This document shows positions 15,758-28,894 of a stretch of DNA of 64,000 nt, in pieces. The notes beneath the pieces are model-generated. The model saw only the letters and a list, made by a program, of their open reading frames with translations. It was not told the DNA's origin and did not search any database. Position 1 is the first letter of the stretch. Each line of letters opens with the position of its first letter. The stretch is from Eledone cirrhosa. Its lineage: Eukaryota. The stretch lies in assembly GCA_964016885.1 (NCBI GenBank), contig OZ024740.1, positions 161,386,001 through 161,450,000 of the forward strand, given 5' to 3'. Both the position numbers and the translations under genes were made by a program.

Positions 15758-17484
15758 ACCTATAATGTTACAATATTCTTAATGTTTGGGATGCTGCTCA
15801 CTGACTGTATCGTCGGTTATTTTCATTGGTTGTCAGCTATATTAATTTATATTATGAGGTTTCTCTCTAAAATATGTATTGTACGTGTGTTTGTTATTGC
15901 TATGTTAGTGTGAACAATGTTTTAACCTTTTATATAGTTCTTTTATTTATTTTGTTTCTTTTTTATTTATTTTTTCTTACTTATTTTGTCTGTCCGTACA
16001 ATAATGTGCAAGAGAATTGAAACTCTACTATTGCCTAATATAGATTTATATTTTTTATATATATTTTGTCCTAATTTACGGTTTTGATAGATTTGTTTTT
16101 ATTTGTACCTGATATTTTAATATATTTGCATCTTCTGGGCGTAGGCATAACTGTATGGTTAGGAAATATTGCTTCGCAGCCATTTATTTTCACGTTCGTT
16201 TTAACTACGTGGAAGTAAGCATTTTTCTATCATAATTTCGCCTTAATCAATGCCTTATGATTGAATTTAGTAGAAACATCTGCGTGTTAGTCCGTCTTAT
16301 TATCGAAGTCACTGGTGATATTTGCTCTACATGTGTTGCTGTCACAGTTGGAAATACAATGAAATCATTTTTTTTTTTTGTTAAATATCTGTTAATAACA
16401 ACACCGCTGTCATATACTGGTATAAATATAAATAAAAAATATCTATATCATAAATATATGTAAAGTTGTTGTCTTACTTTATCGTACTTGCAAATATCTT
16501 CAAATTTCATTAGAAATTGGCTACCAGACAATTTAATGGGGTGCAAATCAATTTCAATTACTTGCGCCAAGCTAACTTTGATATGCACAATTGTGGGATT
16601 TATTGTGTATTCTAATTTTTTTTTTGTGTATGAGGGGACCCCCAAACCTGGAATGCCTTGGGCCCCCCAAGGTCTAAATCCAACCTTGATGCCAGAGATG
16701 AATTTGTTGTTTCTCGGTGTTGACTGCAGGATTCAAGAACGACGGAGCTTTTGAGTCATTGATCGACCTGCTAGAAATAACAACCGCATCTCCTTCAAAT
16801 TACGCTATACTGCCGTTAAGAAAGGCACATTGTGTAAACTACATTGAGATATACAATGCAATGAGAACAGGCTATGGTGAAAGATGGAACGCTTTTGATA
16901 ATATGGCTATTTATTTGTAATTAACCTATGGTAAAACAATGACAAAATAATAATGCCAGCTATATTTTGAATCAAATATCTAAGACTAGTCATAAAACTA
17001 TAGCAATATGACTTGCGGTATTCGTGTCCACTATTTGCATTCTACGATCTATTCCCACCGATGTCAACTTTCTTTCTCATCTTTTAAGGATAGATAAAAT
17101 ATAGTGCCAGTCAAATATTGGGGTAGATTTAATCAACTGAATATATAGCCGTGTTCCTATGTTAGAAACATTTGAAACGTACAATATGTTTAGAGACGAT
17201 TCACATGACATCAAAGCGCCAACATAACATAGTAAGAAATATGTTATTCCTAATCTCTATAGAATTAAATTTAAAAGGCTTAGCTCTCATGTATCTCCGC
17301 ACTTTCGACGATAAATGTTCCAGTTGCCCGGTCAATGGAACGATTTATTCATTAAATTAACTTATAAGTGGCTGATTATTTCACAGACAGTTATAACCTT
17401 AACGTAATTCAACTGTGCAACAAGGCTGGCTCTTTGACGCGCTGCTAAACAGTTTCTATCGACCTTGTGAATTTAACGCACAAA

Positions 17485-17629
17485 CAGTGCCGGATTTACC
17501 ATTGTGCTTAGATGTGGGTAAACACAGGGCCCCGTTGGCCAGGGGCCCAACTTTCTGCCTTCAAGGCCCAAGTAAGGAGCCTGATAATTTATCTAGCACA
17601 GGGCCTCATTTGTCCTAAATCCTACACTG
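17485..17629. mobile_element. hAT-like MITE
   Basis: TIRs CAGTGCCGGATTTA / TAAATCCTACACTG. Near-duplicated 8-bp flanks CGCACAAA / CTCACAAG. Confidence 0.55.
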
Positions 17630-17899
17630 CTCACAAGGTTTGTGTTGACCCGAAGCTAAAGCAAACGACACCTATCCGAAATGCCATGATGTAAGATTGA
17701 CCTGGAACTGCATGATTGTGAAGGTCATTTTTCAAACATTTGGCCATACTGCGTCCATATATGAGACTTGTAAAGACTACAATTCTAAATCAAATATACT
17801 AAATATTACACAGTGGAACAACGCAGAATTGTTTTGTTACGACTGAATAGCTTAATAAGTTTCGACGGAAACTATAATCGATTTGTCTGCAGCTATTCA

Positions 17900-18720
17900 A
17901 TACGGGTACCTCTAAGTGACCTGCTAAAAATAACAGCCAAATTCCTATAAAACAGGCAAAAGACAAGATAATGTAGTTTTAGGTGTACAAAAAGACGAGA
18001 TGGTTTAGTGGGGTATGTCTTCGATTATATGACTACTTGATCAGTGTCTACCTGAGGCTAAACAACAACCACTGAAGTTAAATCAATCAACAAGGAAGCC
18101 TCTATGGGGCCACTCAACCTGTTAGAAATAGCATCTAAATTTTCTTGAAATCAAACTGTCGTATTTTTTGTTTTGGGGCAAGGAACGTTACAAAATGTAA
18201 TCTTACATACTTACATACACATAAAAAGACAAAATAATCAAAGTCGGAAGGAATTTGATCAGAGTTGACTTCATGTTAAAAACCCAGTGTAGCTCTAAGG
18301 TATAAGGGGAACCTTTAAGTGTCCACTCAAACTGCTAGACATAGCAGCCAAATCTTCATTAATTTACATCTCCTCACTGTCTTAATAAATACGGCATACA
18401 TCTTATAATAACCCATGTTTGTAACGAAAAAGAAAGCATGGTTTCAATCGATCATATTTCTGCTCAATCCTATATAAATTCAACGACTGGCCCCTCTTAT
18501 CGCTAATTATCTTATTGCTGTTGTTGCTTATCCCCAGGTAAATCCGGTCCAACTGAGTTTATGATCATACTTATCCCAGCTGTGATTATTCCACCAATTT
18601 AGGTGTATCTAAAATTATCTTTTCTGATGTACCTTTTCCTTCTTTTAAGATGGCGCAGTGTAGTTTTACGGGAGATATCGTTGCTGTTTCTAGCCGATCG
18701 AACGGTTTCGTAGCAGCTGT
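17900..18720. repeat. Cluster of decayed copies of an interspersed repeat (CTGCTAGAAATAGCAGCCAAAT motif)
   Basis: Motif variants near 17920, 18120, 18330 and 18680 (minus), also near 16770 and 19095. Confidence 0.5.
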
Positions 18721-19767
18721 AGCATTAATTAATTATGAACAACAGACGGGGGTTAAGGGGGTATAATACCTCTCTGTATGTAGCAGCAACACTATGATAT
18801 TCACTGATGTTTCGTTGGTTTCCAGGATCGAGTTCACTTACTCTTATAGGTTAAACTTCCGGCAATAAACCGAGAAAGCGTCTTTTTAATCCTATTTCAA
18901 TTGGAGTTGAACATTAGGTCTTTGGATCTTTTGTGATTCTGGGAAGAATTCCAATAATTCTTTAAGGTCCTTTCACATAGATAACTCCGCATGTATGATA
19001 TTCCTGTACTGTCCCCAAACCGGAAAAATATGCGATCTATTCAGATTCAAATTCGTTTCATCTCTTGATCTCCACGTAATCATTCTAACTTTTAGAAATA
19101 GTAGCTAAATATTTCCTCAAACCATAAATTATGCTGTCTTGAAATACACTTGGTCTGTGTAAAAAGAGTAAATTAAAAAAAGACGGGGTAGTTACTGTAT
19201 AGGAATTCTTCTCAGGATTCTTTGGGCAGAGTCCTTAAACACGCATTCCACAGGGTCCTATAAGAGTCAACTATCTCTAACGAGTCGTGCCGTTTGGCTT
19301 TGAAGCGTATATTCTGTCACGCGATTTTTCTTCAGACACTGTTACCACATATTAGTTGTTACGTTATCCAAACACCTTACTCGTGGTCTACCAGTGCCGT
19401 TTGGCTTCGCCCATAAATTCTGTCATGCGATTTTTCTATGAACACTCTAATCATATATTTTTAGTACCAGAACTATGATCTCTCGATGCGGAGAATTAGT
19501 GTCTCTACCTGGAACAGCACTCTATCAAGTAACGTTACTCCAAAGTCCCTTCGGAGGAACACTATTTCAGCTACTTGTATTTGCGATTGTATTCTTTCGA
19601 ACATTACTCAAGATTTATGACCATAGACAGATAAGAGTGGACGAATGCTTCCTTTGATAATATGTCTGATTGATCAGGGATCCTATAGGATCAAAAGAAC
19701 GTCTGTTCAACCAGGTCCGCCCTTTTATTAAAATACCACCCAAACCACCCCTAATGCTGCAACTACT

Positions 19768-19813
<46 letters not shown>

Positions 19814-19879
19814 CTACTGCTGTTTACAGAACTCCTATCTTTTCCCATCTCTGTTAACATTGCTAACCTTATCAGGAAT

Positions 19880-20382
19880 ATCACCACCACTATCATCAGC
19901 AGCAGCAACATAGATCCTCATCGACATCAACATTATCATCATCGACATCATCATAAATAACAACTACCTTAAACCTTCACCATCATCAACATAAACCTTC
20001 ATCGCAATAACATTATCATTATCATCAACCGTTACTACCACCATCATCATCACTAACATTCCTATAAAGCACTAGAACCACCACCATCATCATCATCATC
20101 ATCATCATCACCTCAGCCACCAAAAACAACACCTTAAACCACTATCACCAGCACCATTACAATAGCCACTATCATCGTCATCGTCAACACTACCACCACT
20201 ACCACCATCAACACCACCACCACCACACCACCACTACCACCATCAACACCACCACCACCACACCACCACTACCACCATCAACACCACCACCACCACACCA
20301 CCACTACCACCATCAATACCACCACCACCACCACTACTACTGCCATCAACACTACCACCACCACCACCACCACCACCACCTC
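19880..20382. repeat. (CAT/CAC)n low-complexity tract with ~33-bp tandem unit
   Basis: CACCACCACTACCACCATCAACACCACCACCAC repeated about 4 times at ~20190-20330. Confidence 0.85.
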
Positions 20383-20668
20383 GTCGACCTGACCATTACG
20401 TAAAAGTAACTAGTGGTCACATTAGTATCTATTGCCCAGAGCAAACCATTTTGCTTCCATTTCTGGTTTTACGTCTGCCATACGTAATGTAAATCTAAAT
20501 TGGACGTAATTGATTTCAGCAGCTAGAAATGTGTTACTAAAGGAAGAAGCGCACGCTCGCACACATACACATATGTATGTGTGTGTCTTTATGTATGGAA
20601 ATATATGTATATTATATATATGTACGCGTACATGTATGTGTGTATTTATATGTATATATGTATGGGTA

Positions 20669-21068
<400 letters not shown>

Positions 21069-21224
21069 AAAACTCCAGGAAAACAATACAGTTGAGTGCT
21101 TCTAATCTATTGTAGATTGTATTCGTTGAGTAATCAACGAGCCATACTAATCTTTGGTTATATATATATATATAAAATAAAGTTAAATAAAAAGTCATAT
21201 GATTAAAATTTAGCTTCGTTTATT

Positions 21225-21279
21225 ACTGCTATATATATTTCAGTGACAGCCATCTTTGGCTGTGACCTCTTCAGGCAGT
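21225..21279 (-). ncRNA. Type I hammerhead ribozyme
   Basis: Minus strand reads ACTGC-CTGAAGA-GGTCACAGCCA-AAGA-TGGCTGTCACT-GAAA-TATATA-TA|GCAGT. Stem I 5 bp, stem II about 10 bp, palindromic stem III. Confidence 0.8.
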
Positions 21280-21907
21280 TTGAATTAGTATGGTATAGAC
21301 AAGTACATATGTTGTTGAGGTGTATAATATTGTCAATACTCTGATATGCCCAGTTCCTGGTTGGGTTGTTATTTCAGTGAGGAACTGGAATCATATGAAT
21401 TCAAACAAACGAATTTCAGTGTCAAAGGTCCTCTTCTCCTCTCATTGTCAGTTATTAGAACATTTCTCATTCTAAGTGTTGTTATTGTTGGAGTTAGCTT
21501 AAAAAATTGATAAAATGGTAGAAGGGACAAGGTGTTAAAGGAATAGTGTTTTTGTTTGCTATTGTTAAGTACATTTCACCTGTACCATTATTTTGGTAGT
21601 GTTGTTGGTGTTGTGGTCAGCTTATATCTTGCTGCTGTTAACAATTTAGAAGTATCCAGTGTGTGTTTTTTCCTCATCCCTCCTGCCACTATCTCTCATA
21701 GTGGCGGTGGTGGTGTGGGGAGGGGTTCTTCCATGTATATGAAGAAATATAGGGCAATAAATGAAGAAAACAGAAAATAAATAAATAATATAATAAAATA
21801 ATTAATATAATTTCTATAATTTGAAAATAAATAAATAAATAGAGAATAAAGAATAAATGAAAAATTGGTGAAAAGGTAATGAAAATGAATATGGAGAAGT
21901 GAAAAAT

Positions 21908-22092
21908 AATTGTTTCTACTTTAGACACAAGGCCAGCAATTACCCAGTGCATTACTGGTACTTTATTTTATCGACCCCGTAAGGATGAAAGGCAAAGTCA
22001 ACCTCGGCGGGATTTGAACTCAGACCGTAAAGGGACGTAACTATGCTGGAAAGCATGGCCTCCGACCCTCTACTGATACTGCCAATCCACCG
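21908..22092 (-). mobile_element. tRNA-derived SINE (same family as 3989)
   Basis: High similarity to the reverse complement of 3989-4180. Confidence 0.85.
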
Positions 22093-22130
22093 TGAAAAAT
22101 AATGTAGCATAAAGTGTGTGTGTGCTATAA

Positions 22131-22348
22131 CCCTTTAGCATTTAAACCGGCCGTATCCGGTCAGAATTCTGTCACCTCTTTCTGTTCAAACCGGCCATAA
22201 CCGGCCACTCATACTCATGTTAAGGTATTGTTCTCAAAATAAATATCAAAATCTCATAGATTCAATATTATGCGAGATACTTATGTTAAATAAAGTGTTT
22301 ACCATGAAAATACAATAGTATATATAGAGTAATGTAAATGCTAATGGG
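22131..22348. mobile_element. piggyBac-like MITE
   Basis: TIRs CCCTTTAGCATTTA / TAAATGCTAATGGG. Flanks ATAA and TTAA. Confidence 0.6.
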
Positions 22349-22636
22349 TTAAACATTATACACACCTGATAGTTGAATTTAATTTAATCAGTTGAGTGCT
22401 TTGTGGTTGAGAGAAGTAATATTTTTAGTATCCTCCAGTCATGCACCCTAGCAACTCAATTGGTCCTGCTTCTGTACTATTACAGTAGATATCCTCACAG
22501 TGTACACCTGCAAATACCAACAGTTCATTTTGCTCATCTCTGGTGAATACATAGGACTTTAGATTGTGCCATTTAATGACAAATCCCTGCTGATGAGATC
22601 TTTTCTAACTCCTACTATTATTATCACATCATTTGG

Positions 22637-22860
22637 GCGGTGGATTAGCAATATCGGTAGAGTGTCGGACAACATGGTTTGCAACATAGTGTTACGGGCC
22701 TTTACGTTCTGCATTCAAATCCCATAGTGGTTAGCTTTGATTTCATCCTTACCGGGTCGATAAAATAAATAAAGTCCCAATAACGCACTGTGATAGATTT
22801 AATCGACTTTCCCCTATCCCCAAATTGCTGGCCTTGTGCCTATTGTAGAAATCATTATTA
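22637..22860 (+). mobile_element. tRNA-derived SINE, diverged
   Basis: GGCGGTGGATTAGCAATATCGG...TTCAAATCC...GGGTCGATAAAATAA...GCTGGCCTTGTGCC. Confidence 0.75.
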
Positions 22861-23125
22861 TCACATCTTTTATCTGTAAATTAGCAATCTTTAACATAGC
22901 AAATAGTAGTTTTGGCAGGATCGTCAGCGCGTTAAATGTTTTGTATTTCTTATTCGCCCACGTATGTTCTATTTTGGGTATTGTCGCTTCACGGCGGTAT
23001 CTTATTGAGTTGGTTCTAATTTAAGTTTCCACTTTTGTTATTATAGAGCAAGTCTGTAAGCAGCAGGGTCGAGAAAATATTTGATGCCACAGTGTATTAT
23101 AATATGTTATCGATCTGTAAAATCC

Positions 23126-23193
<68 letters not shown>

Positions 23194-23195
<2 letters not shown>

Positions 23196-23810
23196 TCTTT
23201 TGTTTGTTTTACGTTCATGTAGTTGTTCTATGCTGTCTCAATAAATAGATTTTACTGAATATAAATTTAAGATAATATATATACATAATTGCAAATGAAT
23301 CGAATATTTTTATTAATATTCGAAAAACTCAGATTATAATTATTGTTTTCAGCCATGTAGAGCGATAAACTATTTGTTTATTATTTGAATATGACAAAGC
23401 CCGCCATTAATCGCTCGTATACATGTTTGGCCTGTCTGCTGATATGCAAATCTGGCTGATCAATGGGTCTGCTAATATGGAGATCTGACTGATCAGCCAG
23501 TCTGCTAATATGCAAATCAGGCCGATCAGTCTGTATATTTTAGAAAATATCATATATTGTCACTAGTTCTGACAGTTGGCAGGTAAGCAGTATACTGTAC
23601 TGATGAAGGGTAATCACCCAGAAACATTAGTGTCTGCCGTTCTGTTTATATGCCAACACAAGAGCTAGAATGACGGTGCCATTCTACTGACATGGCTATA
23701 GAGAGGCTGTTTGCATTATTGCAAATGAATCGAATATTATTATTAATATTCGGAAAACTCAGATTGCATTTATTGTATTCAACCATGTAGAGCGATAAAC
23801 TATTAGTTAT
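23194..23810 (+). mobile_element. Non-coding HHR mini-element (family C, ~430 bp period) between (TA)n tracts
   Basis: Direct repeat TTGCAAATGAATCGAATAT...CCATGTAGAGCGATAAACTATT at ~23289-23375 and ~23719-23805. HHR at 23594-23640. Confidence 0.75.
23594..23640 (+). ncRNA. Type I hammerhead ribozyme (family C)
   Basis: ACTGTA-CTGATGA-A.GGGT.AATC.ACCC.A-GAAACA-TTAG-TGTC|TGCCGT. Confidence 0.8.
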
Positions 23811-23819
23811 ATATATACA

Positions 23820-23921
<102 letters not shown>

Positions 23922-24105
23922 TACCCGAATTACTTGATCGTTTTTTTTTGGCTATGCGAATGATTGTTTAACCATCGTCTCGGTGTGTTTGGCCTTTAAC
24001 GTTTGTTATAGCTCTGGTTCATCTGAATCATTAAGCACTTGCCGCACATCTCTGAGGTTGTTTTTCGTTATTTCGTGGGCCGAAATGCGAATCTCGATAA
24101 TTTAT

Positions 24106-24164
<59 letters not shown>

Positions 24165-24169
24165 GTTTA

Positions 24170-27100
24170 TCTGTAGGTTTCGAACACCTGAGATGAAAAA
24201 TTAACGTGCAAATAGTTGAGCATTCCACAGACTCGTGAACCTTAATTTGAATTCGTTCTCAGTTAATAATCCATAGTTTTAATAAATTTTCATGTAAGCA
24301 GAAAAGAATACACATGTTAATCTTTGTGGTAAAACACCCTAAACCGAACACTAACCTGCACTTATAACTCTCTAACTTGCAACCCATCTGCCTAATTTGG
24401 CAAACCGAACGCAGACCGCCCATCTTCCTAAACTTACCAAAACGAATACAGACCGCAACAGCCACCAAATGGAAAAGACATACATTATCAAGCTGCACCT
24501 CTCATATTATATAGTTCATATACAATAAAGCTAATAAAGCTATTATCTGCAGCGGCTATGATCCCATTACGTAATAGGCCGTTTTCCAACTTCTTCTGTC
24601 GTCTCTCAACTTTAAACTCCTAAACTATCCACCTAGATGACGTGATGCCGCGCATTGAGAAGTCTAGTCCGTACTTCACAACATAGGAAACCAAATATTA
24701 CTCAAGCTATTAAAGAAATAAGCGAAATAAATCAAAGATGACATAAATACGATATCAAAAGGTGACGCAAAAGCATAAACTTTAATGTCATTTTTTACAT
24801 ATAAATATAAATACACTGAAATGTGTAAAATCAGCTGTCCTGAGTAGAGCGACCCCCCAAAAGACTGTCTGAGTCAGAGGTCGTTTACTGTAGACAATAG
24901 GCGTATTACGTAACATACCCATAAATTGGAGGCAGGTTGCAATTATGTGACTGTGTGTTTTGTCAGACAGGCAAGTGTTTTAAGATGTGTCTGGTATGTT
25001 CCATTATTTAGTGAGAATGGATGTGGGAGAGGGTGGCACTCATGTGGATATGTGATAAATATGACAATTAAATGTGGGGGACTAGATGTTCAATCCTGAG
25101 CAAAATATGTGTCTAGAAAATGTTTTGAATTCAGCACTTCACATATAAACACACACGAATGTAAAACATAATTAAGATTAAATCATATGTGCACGTGTAA
25201 AAAAGGATCAAATATGCAAATAGAGATTTGCAAAATTATTTAACAAAATTAAGATCAACCATCTCTTAAAACGTGTTTATCCTTCTGGCATCGCAAAGAA
25301 AGGAGATAAACAAAGAAAGAGACAAGCAAGAAAGAAAAAAAAAACAATGACCATAGCTATCCCCTCACCCGTAGCCTTTCACTATCTTCCCCCGTGGCAT
25401 TTGGGTCAAATATCCAAAATCAACAGAAGAAATCCCTTGAAATTTAATACAACGTAAAAAAATGGTAAATGTTTTCTAAGTAGGTCAAATATCGACGAAA
25501 TATCAGCAACGTGAATCTCCCTTGAAATCTGCTACTTCAAAGCAAATATACTAAATTTCTACAACCTTCGTGTAAATTAAATTATACGTCCCTTTATATT
25601 TATCACCTCAAAGCAAAAATGTTAAATGTTCTTAGAATCTTCCTAAATATGCTAAATTACTACAAGTTCAATGTAAATAAAGTTAATTTCTTATCCATAT
25701 GCTTTTCAATTGCAAACTTGAAATAACCTAAAATTTTCCTAGACTCTCTCTTTCAGCACCAGGGTTCCAATGAAAATGCCGTAAAACAAACTTTTCTTCG
25801 TAACCCTGTCCTACCATATGTTTTAAGAGTTTACACTCCTTCCGTAAAAACATTCATTGACTACTAATCCTACCGTCGTATCCTAAAGGTGTTGGCATGC
25901 AGTTTGAGGCGAAGGCCATACAAGTTACCTTAAAGCTAAAATCCTCAGTCTTATTGTAGTCTTTTGTCACTATCTACTCAACACTCTTCTCTCTAGTGAC
26001 ATCTAAATAATTTACCTTGCTAACCTTGAATCCATGCCTCTTCGCCTCTAACCTCTTCGGGTAGATTTTGTGTAGTAAATTGTCGAAATGCTCCTAATTA
26101 AGAACAAATACATCACCGACATACGCACATCATACACCAACTGCCTAATCAGACCTATTCTCCTAAGCTTCCAGATATCCAAACTCACAGGAAGATAAAT
26201 ATAAATCAGCCAGGAGTGAGCTACACTCCCTGCCCATTGGCATGCCCCTGATCTGCCTGAAAACATTATCTGCAACTGCAATGGAAGAATTATTTACTAT
26301 AAACCGGACCGCCCGTGTATCTGTTGTACCTTATTCTAAACATGAAGCCATTCCTGGAGGAAACATACTTAAACTTATTTCCGAAAACCAGGTCCATTAT
26401 TCTACCTACCCCTTTCTCAACTAAACCCAGTTGCAAACTAGTGTGACGAGTGGAGAAGCCATACGCCTACATTGTTTTTATAATCATTATTTTGCTCAAT
26501 CTAGTTAACAATTCATTAGTAGATCATGTACTCCACCTCTGATTCATTCCACCATTTGCAAGAATTGAGTCACAATATCTATTAAATGCCTCCATAACCA
26601 CTACTAAAGCCTTGTTAACTAAAATAGTTACTTGTCTCTTCGTTCACCTACTAACTCCGGCTATAAATCTGTATCCATACAGCGTTTTGTGCAACGTCGG
26701 TATTCAGAAAACTATGAGAACATACATATTTTCCTCCTTCAACTGTCAATCACCTATGCCTAAGCTTTTCTATTAGGTGATCTATATTCCCCGATCTTTG
26801 CTCGTAGGTTCCATAACCACTGAAATTATAATTAACATCACCTAACTTCCTAGGTAAAACAGACAGGTAGAAGATTTTGTAAATTAAAACGAAATTATCC
26901 GCTGCCTTGTTCGTCGGTGCGATGATGTACACATTATGAATCCCACTTAAAAGTTGCTTCACCTCGGGCCTATTTAGCATAGAAAGCCCCTGCGTCGTCA
27001 TGCCTAACCCTCTTACCTTATTCGCTACCCAGCTAATAACTCTATCCTTCCATTCCCAAACACTTCAATAGCAAATCCAAATTTCAAGCCTAACCTAACC

Positions 27101-27300
27101 ACGAAATCATCAATTAATTCCAACACCAACTTACCTACCAGGGACCCGTATATCCTTGTAGATTCCCTAAATGTAGTTCCTTTTATTATGAGCCACCTAA
27201 GATTCTTGTTCTCAACTATAGTTAAATCACCTGTTATTACGGGTCCTATGTAATGATTTACGGCAATGAGGGTAATCATAGGCGAGGAAACTATATATTT
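24170..27300 (-). mobile_element. Decayed Penelope-like element (possibly Naiad-type RT)
   Basis: Minus-strand fragments GPVITGDLTIVENKNLRWLIIKGTTFRE, IIAPTNKAADNF, TLHK..YRFIA, FRQIRGMPMGRECSSLLADLYL, RYVGDV. The 3' boundary is approximate. Confidence 0.65.
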
Positions 27301-27342
27301 TCGCCTGTTTCAAATTCTAGTAGAGAGTAGGGCAACGGATGC

Positions 27343-27382
27343 ATCGTCCTGATGACGGTGAAAGCTAGAAACGCGTTGGCTG
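27343..27382 (+). ncRNA. Minimal hammerhead motif (weak stems)
   Basis: ATCGTC-CTGATGA-CGGTGAAAGCTA-GAAAC-GC-GTT|GGCTGT. Palindromic ACGCGT stem III. Confidence 0.6.
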
Positions 27383-27922
27383 TTGTCCCCCACTGCTTCT
27401 GTTGGAATCGGCAGGACGGTGTTAGTCGTCAGCTTTACAATATTCATAGCTAAAAGGTTTTCCAAATGTTTATTCGTAAACATACCGTATACCATTAGAT
27501 AAATAAAATTCACATACTTACATGTATACAGGTATATCGGAGCGAAAACTTTAATTCTACTTTCAAGCTGAGTGGGCATGACAGCTCCATATGCAAATGA
27601 AACTAATCAGCCTGTCTGATATATCTTTGCACATATAAACTCGCATATCTGACAAAATGTCGAAAAAGAGTTGGGCCTCGTCATCTCGATTGTACAGTGA
27701 GCTGATCGATATTGAAACAATTGAAATATGCCAATAAAGTTTATGCATATGCTGCAACACTGACTTCGATTCTTTTAAATCTATTTACAATCTGCGCACT
27801 ACAGCCGCATTAACTCTGGAATACAACCCAAACAAGACGGACTTCATAACAGCATTGAGTGCTTCGAACGGCGCGCCGCCTGTAACTTTAGTTACACACC
27901 AAACACACACACCACACACACA

Positions 27923-28832
27923 CATTTCACAGAACTTATGTTCATCGATTTCAGGCACTTGACTCCTTCTTCCTCCCATTTGACCTGTGCGAAATTCTTT
28001 CCTTACTCACATTTCGACCAGGTTTGATGGTCTTTATTCTCTCTCGTCCACGATTTCACAGAACTTATGTTCATCGATTTCAGGGACTTGACTCCTTCTT
28101 CCTCACTTTTCGTTGCATTACCATCTTTGTTTGTTTACTGTCTCGCTCGTTCCCCCGATTTACGTGTCCCAACGACTTTCTTTAGCCGTTGCTCGCACCC
28201 ACCAGAGGTATATGGTCTTTAAAGCAATGAAATACCAATGAAGGTTGGAAGATCACTGATGATGGACTAAATTTATTCATATGTAACCCATTTTCAACCA
28301 CGCAGTATGTCATGTTTTCATATTTTTCATATATATTTTCCTCCGATGTGACTCGTCTGTTTCTTTTCTTACTGCTTCCCCTTTTCTCTGTATCTCTCAC
28401 TTCCTTTTACCCCCTCTACCAGTTACTCTCTCTGTTAGCCTCATCCTCACACTTTCACTCACTCACTCTCTGCTAATCCCTCTCCTACGTCCTCCCGTTT
28501 GACCTGTGCGAGATTCTTTCCTCACTCACACTTCGACCAGGTCGGATGGTCTTTATTCTCTCTCGTCTACGATTTCACAGAACTTATGTTCATCGATTTC
28601 GGGGACTTGACTCCTTCTTCCTCCCGTTTGACCTGTGCGAAATTCTTTCCTTACTCACATTTCGACCAGGTTTGATGGTCTTTATACTCTCTCGTCCACG
28701 AATTCACAGAACTTATGTTCATCGATTTCAGGGACTTCTTCCTCACTTTTCGTTGCATTACCATCGATTTCAGGGACTTGACTCCTTCTTCCTCCCGTTT
28801 GACCTGTGCGAAATTCTTTCCTCACTCACACC
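27923..28832. repeat. ~129-bp tandem repeat in two blocks (27923-28125, 28490-28832)
   Basis: TTCACAGAACTTATGTTCATCGATTTC recurs near 27925, 28054, 28573 and 28703. Confidence 0.85.
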
Positions 28833-28845
28833 TCGTTTTCATATT

Positions 28846-28892
<47 letters not shown>

Positions 28893-28894
<2 letters not shown>

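Noticed and set aside
28255-28290. CTGATGA followed by a weak hairpin
   Set aside because: No GAAA or stem III downstream.
27923-28832. Possible CRISPR-like array
   Set aside because: Long tandem units without unique spacers, in a eukaryotic context with no cas genes.
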